Shown here: piece after piece, positions 40,260 through 47,920 of the stretch
How the letters are laid out: every line of letters starts with the position of its first letter
Numbering within the stretch: the first letter of the stretch is position 1
Assembly (NCBI GenBank): GCA_049599475.1
Contig: JBMYOQ010000024.1
Location: forward strand, 1 to 47,920
Length of the DNA: 47,920 nucleotides
Source of the DNA: Opitutales bacterium
GTDB taxonomy: Bacteria > Verrucomicrobiota > Verrucomicrobiia > Opitutales > JABSRG01
Reading direction: 5' to 3'
Translations under genes and position numbers: made by a program
The notes under the pieces: generated by a model
What the model saw: only the letters and a program-made list of their open reading frames with translations
Told to the model about the DNA's origin: nothing
The model's database searches: none

Positions 40260-41525
40260 TTAAACCGCTGGGACCGGCTTTTCGGTGGCTAGTTTCATCC
40301 ATTCGTCCCAACGCTCGTCGACAGATTTCATCGCGGGTTTAGGATTCCATTCAGCATCGTAAACAGAGAAGTGTTGTGGCTTGAAATCGCCGGGCAACAC
40401 ATCATTCGGCTTTGTGTCAGGGCTGTCCGTATCAGCACAGATATCTACGAACTCCCAGCCAAAGTGAGTGCCATTCTTTAAGGTATTCTCAAGAAGGCCT
40501 GGCATATCGCTATCGAAATAGTCGGCGCCATTAATTGTCATGTGTTCCGTGACGACCCAATCGCGTCCGGTTTCTTCCATGACCTGCTTTACGCGATCAT
40601 AAGCCTTTTGGTTCGGCTTACGCTCGACATTACACCATGCCCAGTTGACCTGGATGATGTCTGTTTCCGTCATGTTGCGGAGCAGCTCTATTGGGTTTCC
40701 ACAGCGTTGTGGCATCGTGTGCTCTTCTGCATCCAAGTAATCGGAAGCAATCCAGAGAGGGGCATTTTCGCCGCCAGCACGGAGGGCGCGCGCGTCGCCA
40801 TTGATCCACTCTGCGAGGAAGTATGCACGGAAATTGTTCCATGCCGCTGATGTCTTAAACGCTTCGGTCGCTGGAAATTCTTCTGGGAACGGAAGAGCAT
40901 CGCTGGCTCCTGTCTCCGCAATCCATGCAGTGTATGCATTTTTTGCGGTTTCGCTATAGTCGAGCCACTGAGCACCCATGTATTGAGGCTCAACGGTTGT
41001 TTCGATGTAGAGGAAGTTTTCTGCGCCAAGTGCCGCGACGAGATTCGTCATATATGCGCGGGAGGCACGAAGGTAATCTTCAGAAAATAGGGAAGGGACC
41101 TTTGAGCCGTAACCGTATTCAGTGTCAGATACCTCTTGTCCGAGGTCATTTACGGCAAGTGTATTGGGATATTTCTCCCAGAAACCCGCTGGAATCTGCC
41201 CGCCGCCGACACCATAGGTCTCGACAGATAAGCTGACATACATGCCCAGATCGCGGATTGCTTTGATAAGTTTTTTAAGCGGCTCGACCGAGATTTCGAT
41301 TTTTCCATCACCAGATGGATTAAAATGATGCCAGTAGCAATTAATAGCGATGTTGCTATACTTCTTCGCCTTGATGATCGGGAGGTCAGCGATGAGCGCA
41401 TCTATTTGCTCCGCATTGCCATAGTCGCGGAGGGGCTTGCCTGTTTTTAGAAATTTATGCTGGCCGTCGACCCAGAGTTTACCGTCTTCCAGAACGTGAT
41501 TTTCGAAAAAGGGGTGTGACTTCAT
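40260..41525 (-). CDS. Uncharacterised cytoplasmic glycoside-hydrolase-like TIM-barrel protein
   Basis: YWHHFNPSGDG, IPAGFWEKYP, ETTVEPQY, LDYS..A..AY, VVTEH; operonic with GH and transporter genes; AGGA-type RBS not evident. Confidence 0.6.
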   Translation of the reverse strand: MKSHPFFENHVLEDGKLWVDGQHKFLKTGKPLRDYGNAEQIDALIADLPIIKAKKYSNIAINCYWHHFNPSGDGKIEISVEPLKKLIKAIRDLGMYVSLSVETYGVGGGQIPAGFWEKYPNTLAVNDLGQEVSDTEYGYGSKVPSLFSEDYLRASRAYMTNLVAALGAENFLYIETTVEPQYMGAQWLDYSETAKNAYTAWIAETGASDALPFPEEFPATEAFKTSAAWNNFRAYFLAEWINGDARALRAGGENAPLWIASDYLDAEEHTMPQRCGNPIELLRNMTETDIIQVNWAWCNVERKPNQKAYDRVKQVMEETGRDWVVTEHMTINGADYFDSDMPGLLENTLKNGTHFGWEFVDICADTDSPDTKPNDVLPGDFKPQHFSVYDAEWNPKPAMKSVDERWDEWMKLATEKPVPAV

Positions 41526-41532
41526 AGGAGTT

Positions 41533-41575
41533 AGGAAAAACGTTTAATCATTTTTTACAAGCATAAACGTTTCCT
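41533..41575. promoter_or_regulatory. Pair of candidate LacI-type operators (AAACGTTT cores at 41538-41545 and 41565-41572)
   Basis: AGGAAAAACGTTTAAT and ATAAACGTTTCCT lie in inverted orientation directly upstream of the 41525 start, next to the LacI gene. Confidence 0.65.
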
Positions 41576-41605
41576 GCCTATGTAAAAACTTAGTTCCGAG
41601 AAAGC

Positions 41606-42628
41606 CTAAGCTTTGGGTGGCCCTTCTGACCCGCGATGGATCAATTTGACCGGCATCCTGATCGAGGTGTATTCGGTGTCGGGCTTTTCGATCCTACTCA
41701 GAATGGTTTCGGCACCTAGCTTACCCATTTGTCCCTTGTCGATGCGAACGGTCGATAGTTGCGGGGTGGAGCGTAGGCTGTGGGTGTCATCGTTATACCC
41801 GAATACGGTAATATCGCCGGGCACACTCACGCCATCCTCTTGTAAGCACTCCATCAGCTCGACGGCCAAGGTGTCATTGACGCCTATTAGAGCTGTCGGC
41901 GCATTCGGCTGAGCGAGGACTTCTTTGAGGCGCTCATAGCCGTCATGCGTGTGCTGGAAGTCGCGCACACTTGGGCAATCATCTTTGTTTAGTTCGTGAG
42001 CCTCAATGGATTTGAGGAAACCCGCTTCACGCTGGGAGGCATTCGCATCCTCGTGACTGTGCGCCATAAAGACGATGCGCTTGTGGCCAAGCCCCACGAG
42101 GTGTTCGACGATTAACTCACTCGCATTGAATCCATCACTCGTCACATTATCGACGGGAAGGCCTTCCACGCAGTTGTCTAGGTAGAGAAGCGGGAGCCCG
42201 AAACCATGTAGATCGGAAACGGCTTTATGCGGGAATCCGCCCAGAAGAATAACGCCATCCACCTTGCCTTGGCGCATAAAGCGGGGTGGTTCGTGTGGGT
42301 TGTTTAAGAAGTCGAATCCAGAGAGCAAGAGATCGTATCCGCGCGTCTCAAGGGTCGCCTCCAGGGATTCCATGATTTTTGCATAGAAGACGTTGCTGAA
42401 GATGGCCGAGCACGACGGGTAGAACATCAGCCCAATGATCTCGTTTTGCCGTCTGCGGAGATTGCGTCCGGCGGAGTTCGGGAGATAGCCGTGCTGGCGA
42501 CAAATGTCGAAGATCTTCTCACGTATCTCTTGGCTGACCCGACCTTTATTGTTCAGGGCATTCGATACTGTAGCAATGGAGCAGTCTGCCAGTTTGGCGA
42601 TTTCTTTGATCGAGGTGATTCTTTGCAC
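41606..42628 (-). CDS. LacI-family transcriptional regulator
   Basis: HTH SIKEIAKLADCSIATVSNALN, GYLPN..GRNL hinge, periplasmic-binding-type sensor domain; GTG start. Confidence 0.95.
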   Translation of the reverse strand: MQRITSIKEIAKLADCSIATVSNALNNKGRVSQEIREKIFDICRQHGYLPNSAGRNLRRRQNEIIGLMFYPSCSAIFSNVFYAKIMESLEATLETRGYDLLLSGFDFLNNPHEPPRFMRQGKVDGVILLGGFPHKAVSDLHGFGLPLLYLDNCVEGLPVDNVTSDGFNASELIVEHLVGLGHKRIVFMAHSHEDANASQREAGFLKSIEAHELNKDDCPSVRDFQHTHDGYERLKEVLAQPNAPTALIGVNDTLAVELMECLQEDGVSVPGDITVFGYNDDTHSLRSTPQLSTVRIDKGQMGKLGAETILSRIEKPDTEYTSIRMPVKLIHRGSEGPPKA

Positions 42629-42911
42629 AATAGAAACAAGATTGTTAACTGATTAAGCGTATACTCAGCAAGGATATTAATGGTGTTTTTCGGTGAAGTA
42701 GCGACTTCGCAATCCTCGGACTCGGGTGAGTCGAAATGCATTCTTTGTTTTTGACAAAATGCTTCAATTTAGGCTTCGACGGCGGTGGGCTGTTTGGCTT
42801 CAGCGGACCGCGAAACTTTTGCAGTTGAGTCCTGTTAAACGTTTGTATTATTTAGAATCAGGCTTCGAGTCCGCCGAGTCACCCCCCAACACATAAAAGA
42901 TATCCCTCCGA

Positions 42912-43886
42912 ATGAAATATACAAAATGCATCTGTTTCTTTGCCTTTTTAGCAATTCTCGCAACTGGAGCGCAGGCAAAAATCAAAGTATTGATAATTGA
43001 TGGTCAAAATAATCACGTGGTCTGGCCGCGTTCGACGATCATGATGAAGCAGTATTTGGAGGAGTCCGGATTGTTCGAGGTCGATATCGACCGCACGCGG
43101 TTTACTTGGCGTGGAACTAAACGTGATGGCGACTGGCTGCCCAAGGCGGGGATAGAGGGGACTGTCGATCTTCCGAATCCCAAGCACGATCCAGACTTCA
43201 TGCCGAGCTTCGACGGTTACGATGTAGTCGTATCCAATTTTGGGGTAAAGGCTGCGCACTGGCCTGATGCGACTCGTGAAGCTTTTGATGTTTTCGTCGG
43301 GAATGGCGGTGGCTTTGTCTCCGTCCACGCAGCAGACAACTCATTTGCCGATTGGCCCGAGTATAATGAGATGATCGGCATCGGTGGATGGGGCGGTCGC
43401 AAAGGCAATATGCCCGGTGCTTACGTTTACTATGACGATGCGGGGAATCTTGTGCGCGACGAAGCACCCGGAAAGAAAGTCGGAGGACATGGGCATCGTC
43501 ACGAATTCCCGATCACGGTGCGTCAACCCGATCACCCGATTATGCAGGGGCTTCCGCCGGTGTGGATTACCAGTCAAGATGAGTGCTATGCAAATCTCCG
43601 CGGGCCGGCTAAGAATCTCACAGTTCTCGCCACGGGGAAGGATGTCTCTGAAAAGGCTGCTTCAGATAAACACGAGCCGATGCTAATGGTCATTGATTAC
43701 GGCAACGGGCGCGTGTTCCACACAACACTGGGCCACGATTTTCAAGCCTTTGAAGGAGTCGGCTTTATTACGACCTTTCTCCGAGGGACCGAGTGGGCGG
43801 CCACCGGAAAGGTGACTCAGCCTGTCCCGGCGGATTTTCCAACGGCAACCGAAGCAAAATCACGGCCCTTCGAATACAAGCAGTAG
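42912..43886 (+). CDS. Secreted ThuA-like (class I glutamine amidotransferase fold) domain protein
   Basis: Signal peptide, IKVLIIDGQNNH, GGGFVSVHAA, DECY, GRVFHTTLGH, RGTEWAATG. Confidence 0.88.
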   Translation: MKYTKCICFFAFLAILATGAQAKIKVLIIDGQNNHVVWPRSTIMMKQYLEESGLFEVDIDRTRFTWRGTKRDGDWLPKAGIEGTVDLPNPKHDPDFMPSFDGYDVVVSNFGVKAAHWPDATREAFDVFVGNGGGFVSVHAADNSFADWPEYNEMIGIGGWGGRKGNMPGAYVYYDDAGNLVRDEAPGKKVGGHGHRHEFPITVRQPDHPIMQGLPPVWITSQDECYANLRGPAKNLTVLATGKDVSEKAASDKHEPMLMVIDYGNGRVFHTTLGHDFQAFEGVGFITTFLRGTEWAATGKVTQPVPADFPTATEAKSRPFEYKQ

Positions 43887-43917
43887 GCGATTTAGGCACA
43901 GCTAGGGGCCCTAGGGC

Positions 43918-46900
43918 TCACCGCGCAAAGCGCACGCTTTTCAACTGATAAGGTTTGAAGCTCAACTTCCCATTGTCTCCGAGGTCGACAGACTTAGCTT
44001 CGTCGAGCTGAGTTTCAGATAGCTTTGAGCCATCCGCGGTCTGTATTTCGACGGCTCCGCGCTGTCCTGAGACCTCGCTGAATCTCAGGATCCAAGAGCC
44101 GTCATCACTTGGTTTTGCCCAGCAAGGCACAAGGCTTTCGCCGCCTTTTAACTCGGATATCAATGGCGCGTAAGGGTTTCCTAGGTATTCGACGGGTTCA
44201 GTGAAAAGCGTATCGGCTAGCGCTGCCGGCTGTTGCTCTCTAGGTGCGTTGATCGAGTAGGGGCTCAGTGCTAATTGGATCGTATGGTTGCCGAGGTCGC
44301 TGTACCGAGAATTCTCCCCGTATTGGCTTAGGTGAGCTGGCCAAGCGCGGTGCATGAGCGTTTCGAAGCCTGTTACACGGGGACTCCTTACTAGGCTGAT
44401 ACCTACATTTCCATTCTGAACACTCGCTCCGTATTTGTCCTCAGTTATAAGGCTTAGGCCGTTCAATTCCCCTTCGTCGAACACTGATAGGTAGCGACTA
44501 AAGGGCATTTCCCACATAGCTTCAGCTTTCGGATTTCCGGCTTGGGTCGGACGCAAAATACTCCCGAATGGTATGCCGCAACGCACATGTGGGGCGCTAT
44601 AGTCGGTAGGGAAGTGGAGCTTAAGGAGATGCTCTGGCTCGTTCCAATCTAACTCGATTGTAGTATAGATTTCTGGCTTTCCTGCCTGTAAGCAGAAACA
44701 AATACATGCGCTGCTTTTTTCTCCAATTTTCCGAGAAATTTTGAAACCAGCCGAGTGCTCGTTTTGAAAACTTTCAATGTCTGCTTCGGAATCGCAAAGT
44801 GTTCCGAGTGAAAGGGCCGCGCGGTCGATATCCCAGGCATCGTAGAAGCCAGGACGATCAGGATACAACACAAGTTGTCCAAGGGGGCTTTGAACAGGGA
44901 CCGGAGTTTCGCCAAAGGATAATTCTTGTATCCATCCCATACTGTTTAGGGTAAAGCTGCTTAATCCATTGGACACCGTGTTACCCTCGATCTGGAGCCC
45001 GTTCGGAGGTGTTTGGATCGCATCGCTTAGGCGCGTGCCGGATAGCGGTGCTAAGTGTACCCATTCCTGTTTACCGGCCTCTGTCGTTATCCATCTCTTC
45101 ACCGGGAGCGCATGCGGGTTGAGCAAGCAGGGGTCGCCATTTCCGGTCAAGGCCTCGGCAGCTTGAGCAAACTGTGCTTCGGCGACGTGATCCATGTTGG
45201 GTAAATCTTCGATATAGACGTCCCACACGGAGCTCCCTGGAATGTAGTCATGGAATTGAGCGAAGATTAACTTTTTCCAGGCTGCGTCCATATCCCATCG
45301 TTTACCAGATAGGACGCTCGCGGCTTCGGCGACTTGCAGTGCGCGTTCTAATTTTCTGAATACAGATTTGAGCTTACAATGAGTCGTGTATGTTCCGCGA
45401 TGATACTCAAGATAACATTCCCCTTGGTGTGTGGGTAGGTCGCTTTGAATGCTTTCAAGTCTCTCAAAAAATGCTTCTGGGTGGCCCCATTCCAGTTCCG
45501 GCATGCCCGGCATTGCGCTGAGTCTTCGTGCGCGCTCGAGCATGTCGTCGGTGACCCCGCCACCGCCGTCTCCATACCCGACCGGAAGGAGGAATTCGCG
45601 ATGAAGGTCTGCTTGTTGATTTGCAAGCATGGGTGCTTTTACGCGGTCTACTTCCATGTGGCTCACGTATCCAGCATCTTGTGTCACGTGCGCGAGGACG
45701 CTTGAGCCGTCGTGTCCTTCCCAGGTGAAGCTGCTGTAGGGGAAGCGATTCACCGCGTTCCAGGTCATCTTAGTCGTGAAAAAATACTTCACTCCGGTCT
45801 GCGCCATGATTTGGGGTAGACATGCAGAGTATCCAAAAACGTCAGGAAGCCATGTGAGCGAAGACGGTTCTCCGTTAATTTCCGAGAAGCCGTCTTGTCC
45901 TACCGTAAAACTACGTGCAAGGGCTTCTCCGCAGGCGATCAAGGTATCGGATTCTACCTGCATGGCTCCCGTGGCCTGCCAGGTCCCTTCCTGGATTCGC
46001 TCTTCTACGGCAGCGTAAAGCTCCGGTTCTCGACGAGCCACAGCCTGGTAGCTCGCTGGTTGGCTGTAGGCGAATTTGAATTCTGGATACGCATTGATAA
46101 GGTGGTTTGCCGTAGCAAATACATTGACGGCCTTTAGCTCACCCATGCGTTCTGGCCAGATCCATACGAGGTCAACGTGAGCATGGCCGCTTAAAATACA
46201 TTTTGAAAAACTCTTTTCTTCGCGAAGCTGTGTATAGCCGTTTTTCAAAACATCGCGAAAAGCCTGCAGTCCGCCTGTGTCCAAGGCATCGCTAGCATCA
46301 TCCATAACGCGCAGCATCAAGCGAAATGCGGGGCTGTATCGGTCCACCAAGGGTTGCTCTCCAGCGCAGCGGACACTCTTCGCAAGGGCGGGGTTCTCGC
46401 GACTGCGCTGGTCGAGAGCTAAATCAAACAAACACTTGAAGTCTTGATAGGCCTCCCAGGCTAGATCGTCACGGCGCGCTAAGTAGGCGCCTTCAAAAAG
46501 GCTACCAGCTTTCATCTGAGTTTCCTCCTGCAGCCAAATACAACTCTGGATGCAACTACTCTGAACCCAAGCTTCGGTGACACCGGCTGGTAATTTGCAG
46601 CGACGGTGCGCGATGTTGAATCCAAAGTAGGGGACATCATCGATATAAAGCGTCGCCTCTCCCTGATCTTCCCAAAACATCCAATCCTCGCCATCTGTTG
46701 CCCGAGGAAACTCCACCTTGCACCATCGCTGGTCAAAAAGCCTCCCCCAAGACGTATGCGCTTCGACCTTGGATCGACTCAGATCTTTACCTACCTCAAG
46801 GCCCACTTGCTCCTGCTGCGGCGCCGAGGCATAGACCTCAAGATCAGCAGATCGCGTCCAAATCTCTTTTTCAAGCCGACGTACCGTGCCACTCGCGCGA

Positions 46901-46938
46901 CTAATAAAAAGCTGTGTCAGGGGATTCTTGGGAAGCAT
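43918..46938 (-). CDS. Alpha-mannosidase, glycoside hydrolase family 38
   Basis: GHAHVDLVWIW zinc motif, WLPDVFGYS nucleophile, YLEYHRGTYT, QFHDYIPGS; no signal peptide. Confidence 0.93.
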   Translation of the reverse strand: MLPKNPLTQLFISRASGTVRRLEKEIWTRSADLEVYASAPQQEQVGLEVGKDLSRSKVEAHTSWGRLFDQRWCKVEFPRATDGEDWMFWEDQGEATLYIDDVPYFGFNIAHRRCKLPAGVTEAWVQSSCIQSCIWLQEETQMKAGSLFEGAYLARRDDLAWEAYQDFKCLFDLALDQRSRENPALAKSVRCAGEQPLVDRYSPAFRLMLRVMDDASDALDTGGLQAFRDVLKNGYTQLREEKSFSKCILSGHAHVDLVWIWPERMGELKAVNVFATANHLINAYPEFKFAYSQPASYQAVARREPELYAAVEERIQEGTWQATGAMQVESDTLIACGEALARSFTVGQDGFSEINGEPSSLTWLPDVFGYSACLPQIMAQTGVKYFFTTKMTWNAVNRFPYSSFTWEGHDGSSVLAHVTQDAGYVSHMEVDRVKAPMLANQQADLHREFLLPVGYGDGGGGVTDDMLERARRLSAMPGMPELEWGHPEAFFERLESIQSDLPTHQGECYLEYHRGTYTTHCKLKSVFRKLERALQVAEAASVLSGKRWDMDAAWKKLIFAQFHDYIPGSSVWDVYIEDLPNMDHVAEAQFAQAAEALTGNGDPCLLNPHALPVKRWITTEAGKQEWVHLAPLSGTRLSDAIQTPPNGLQIEGNTVSNGLSSFTLNSMGWIQELSFGETPVPVQSPLGQLVLYPDRPGFYDAWDIDRAALSLGTLCDSEADIESFQNEHSAGFKISRKIGEKSSACICFCLQAGKPEIYTTIELDWNEPEHLLKLHFPTDYSAPHVRCGIPFGSILRPTQAGNPKAEAMWEMPFSRYLSVFDEGELNGLSLITEDKYGASVQNGNVGISLVRSPRVTGFETLMHRAWPAHLSQYGENSRYSDLGNHTIQLALSPYSINAPREQQPAALADTLFTEPVEYLGNPYAPLISELKGGESLVPCWAKPSDDGSWILRFSEVSGQRGAVEIQTADGSKLSETQLDEAKSVDLGDNGKLSFKPYQLKSVRFAR

Positions 46939-47194
46939 CCAAGAGTTCTGAAACGTTTTTCCGCCAAAGGCAAACTAGCAAAAAGGCTCCGAAGTATAGG
47001 CGTTGGAGTGGGTGAGGGTGCTTAGCGATAATTGACTATCAATATTTTGATTCCACGATTTCGAGCTTAGAAAGGTAGCCGACACTCCCCAAGCGGTGGT
47101 CCAGATGCGCAGTTGCGTAGCGCGAATTGTAAAAAAAATGTTTGCAAATCAATGGGGAAAATAGTCTAGCTCAGAGACGAACCAAGCTCTCACT

Positions 47195-47380
47195 ATGTTC
47201 AATTCATATCTCCTCCCTGTTCTTCTCTTGTTTTCAATTCCAAGCTTTGCTGCGGCAAGCGAGCCTTCAAAAGGCACATTAATCATGCTCGGCTCAGTGA
47301 CCAGTTGGATGATTATTTCCACCTTGTTTCTGTGCAAAAAGAAGGCAACTCCGACCAAGTCCCAATCGACGAAACAGTAG
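47195..47380 (+). CDS. Small exported/membrane protein (61 aa): signal peptide plus SEPS-TM-basic tail
   Basis: MFNSYLLPVLLLFSIPSFAAA followed by SEPSKGTLIMLGSVTSWMIISTLFLCKKK. Confidence 0.45.
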   Translation: MFNSYLLPVLLLFSIPSFAAASEPSKGTLIMLGSVTSWMIISTLFLCKKKATPTKSQSTKQ

Positions 47381-47488
47381 GACTCGATCGATGAGGGATC
47401 CGTCTTCAGGCCATCCCTCCTTTCACTCGTCACAGCCACATCGGTGGCGGGCACCCTTCTACAAAGCTCAAAGCAGCGTCTCACGGCC

Positions 47489-47882
47489 TTCATCCTTCAA
47501 CCCTTATCCTTCATCCTTAAGGACCCTCCCTCCCGCAATGCTGACTAAAATTTTTCCAAAGAAGGTAGCAGCGATCGTCCTGCAATGCGTCCACGCCCTG
47601 ACACCCAAAGATAGGGCCCGATCTCCGAGCGGACCGCATCCAGCATCCAAGCTCCTGTCACCCTCCATTCTACCCACCATAGCTTCAGCAGCGGAGGGCC
47701 TCCTGCCAAATTCCACAAAAGCCCAGCCCCCATGCTTCGCGTCTTCGCGCCTTCGCGTGAGCCCCCAAACCATCTACATCAAACACTCTCCAATCTCCCG
47801 AGCCCCCTCATCCCCGACCTCCGCACCTTCATCCTTCATCCCTCATCCCTCATCCCTCATCCTTCATTTCATCCCTCATCCT
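47489..47882. repeat. Intergenic repeat mosaic: TCATCC(T/C) heptamer arrays, CTTCGCG(T/C) octamer x3, REP-like GTAG/ATAG-initiated units
   Basis: Heptamers at 47489-47520 and 47828-47882; octamers at 47735-47760; GGTAGCAGCGATCGTCC... at 47564 and TAGGGCCCGATCTCCGAGCGG at 47612. Confidence 0.8.
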
Positions 47883-47920
47883 TGCGGCTCAGACTGCCCT
47901 AAAGGGCACCCGCTTCGCCG

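Noticed and set aside
47149..47773. Minus-strand ORFs 47149-47493, 47504-47773 and 47545-47733
   Set aside because: They are translations of repeat DNA (e.g. TRRREDAK, PLGDRALS) or antisense to the small plus-strand ORF.

Overview
A gene-dense bacterial chromosomal segment. It is most consistent with Verrucomicrobiota (Opitutales/Puniceicoccaceae-like), inferred from gene content (PilX/Verru_Chthon-A-like giant pilin, Trp-rich C-terminal domain on a secreted protein, several sulfatases) rather than from a marker gene. The left half (1-21.5 kb) is largely housekeeping: three exact 40-bp tandem repeats next to tRNA-Val(GAC), a SET-domain gene, a serine hydrolase, sucA-sucB-lpdA, a yciH/SUI1 cluster with hypothetical membrane/secreted genes, thyA-folA, an AlkC-type DNA glycosylase, a secreted M12-type metallopeptidase and dnaE. 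The right half (21.7-47 kb) is mostly carbohydrate utilisation: two Cys-type sulfatases, a tandem beta-helix enzyme, a secreted lactonase, an aldo-keto reductase, and a LacI-associated locus (sodium:solute symporter, GH71/99-like enzyme, an unassigned GH-like TIM-barrel protein, ThuA-like protein, GH38 alpha-mannosidase); mtaB is interspersed. The best candidate for an under-described system is a 1399-aa orphan pseudopilin-tip-like protein plus a coupled partner. It sits among the CAZymes, no SusC/D or TonB receptor is present in the window, and it carries a LacI-type operator resembling sites in the sugar locus. Non-coding features include a nested ~250-bp fold-back (REPIN/MITE-like), inverted heptamer arrays inside the suc operon, a structured sucA leader and a repeat mosaic at the right end. 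No CRISPR array, transposase, integrase, rRNA or intein was seen. All calls come from visual motif recognition; no searches were run.
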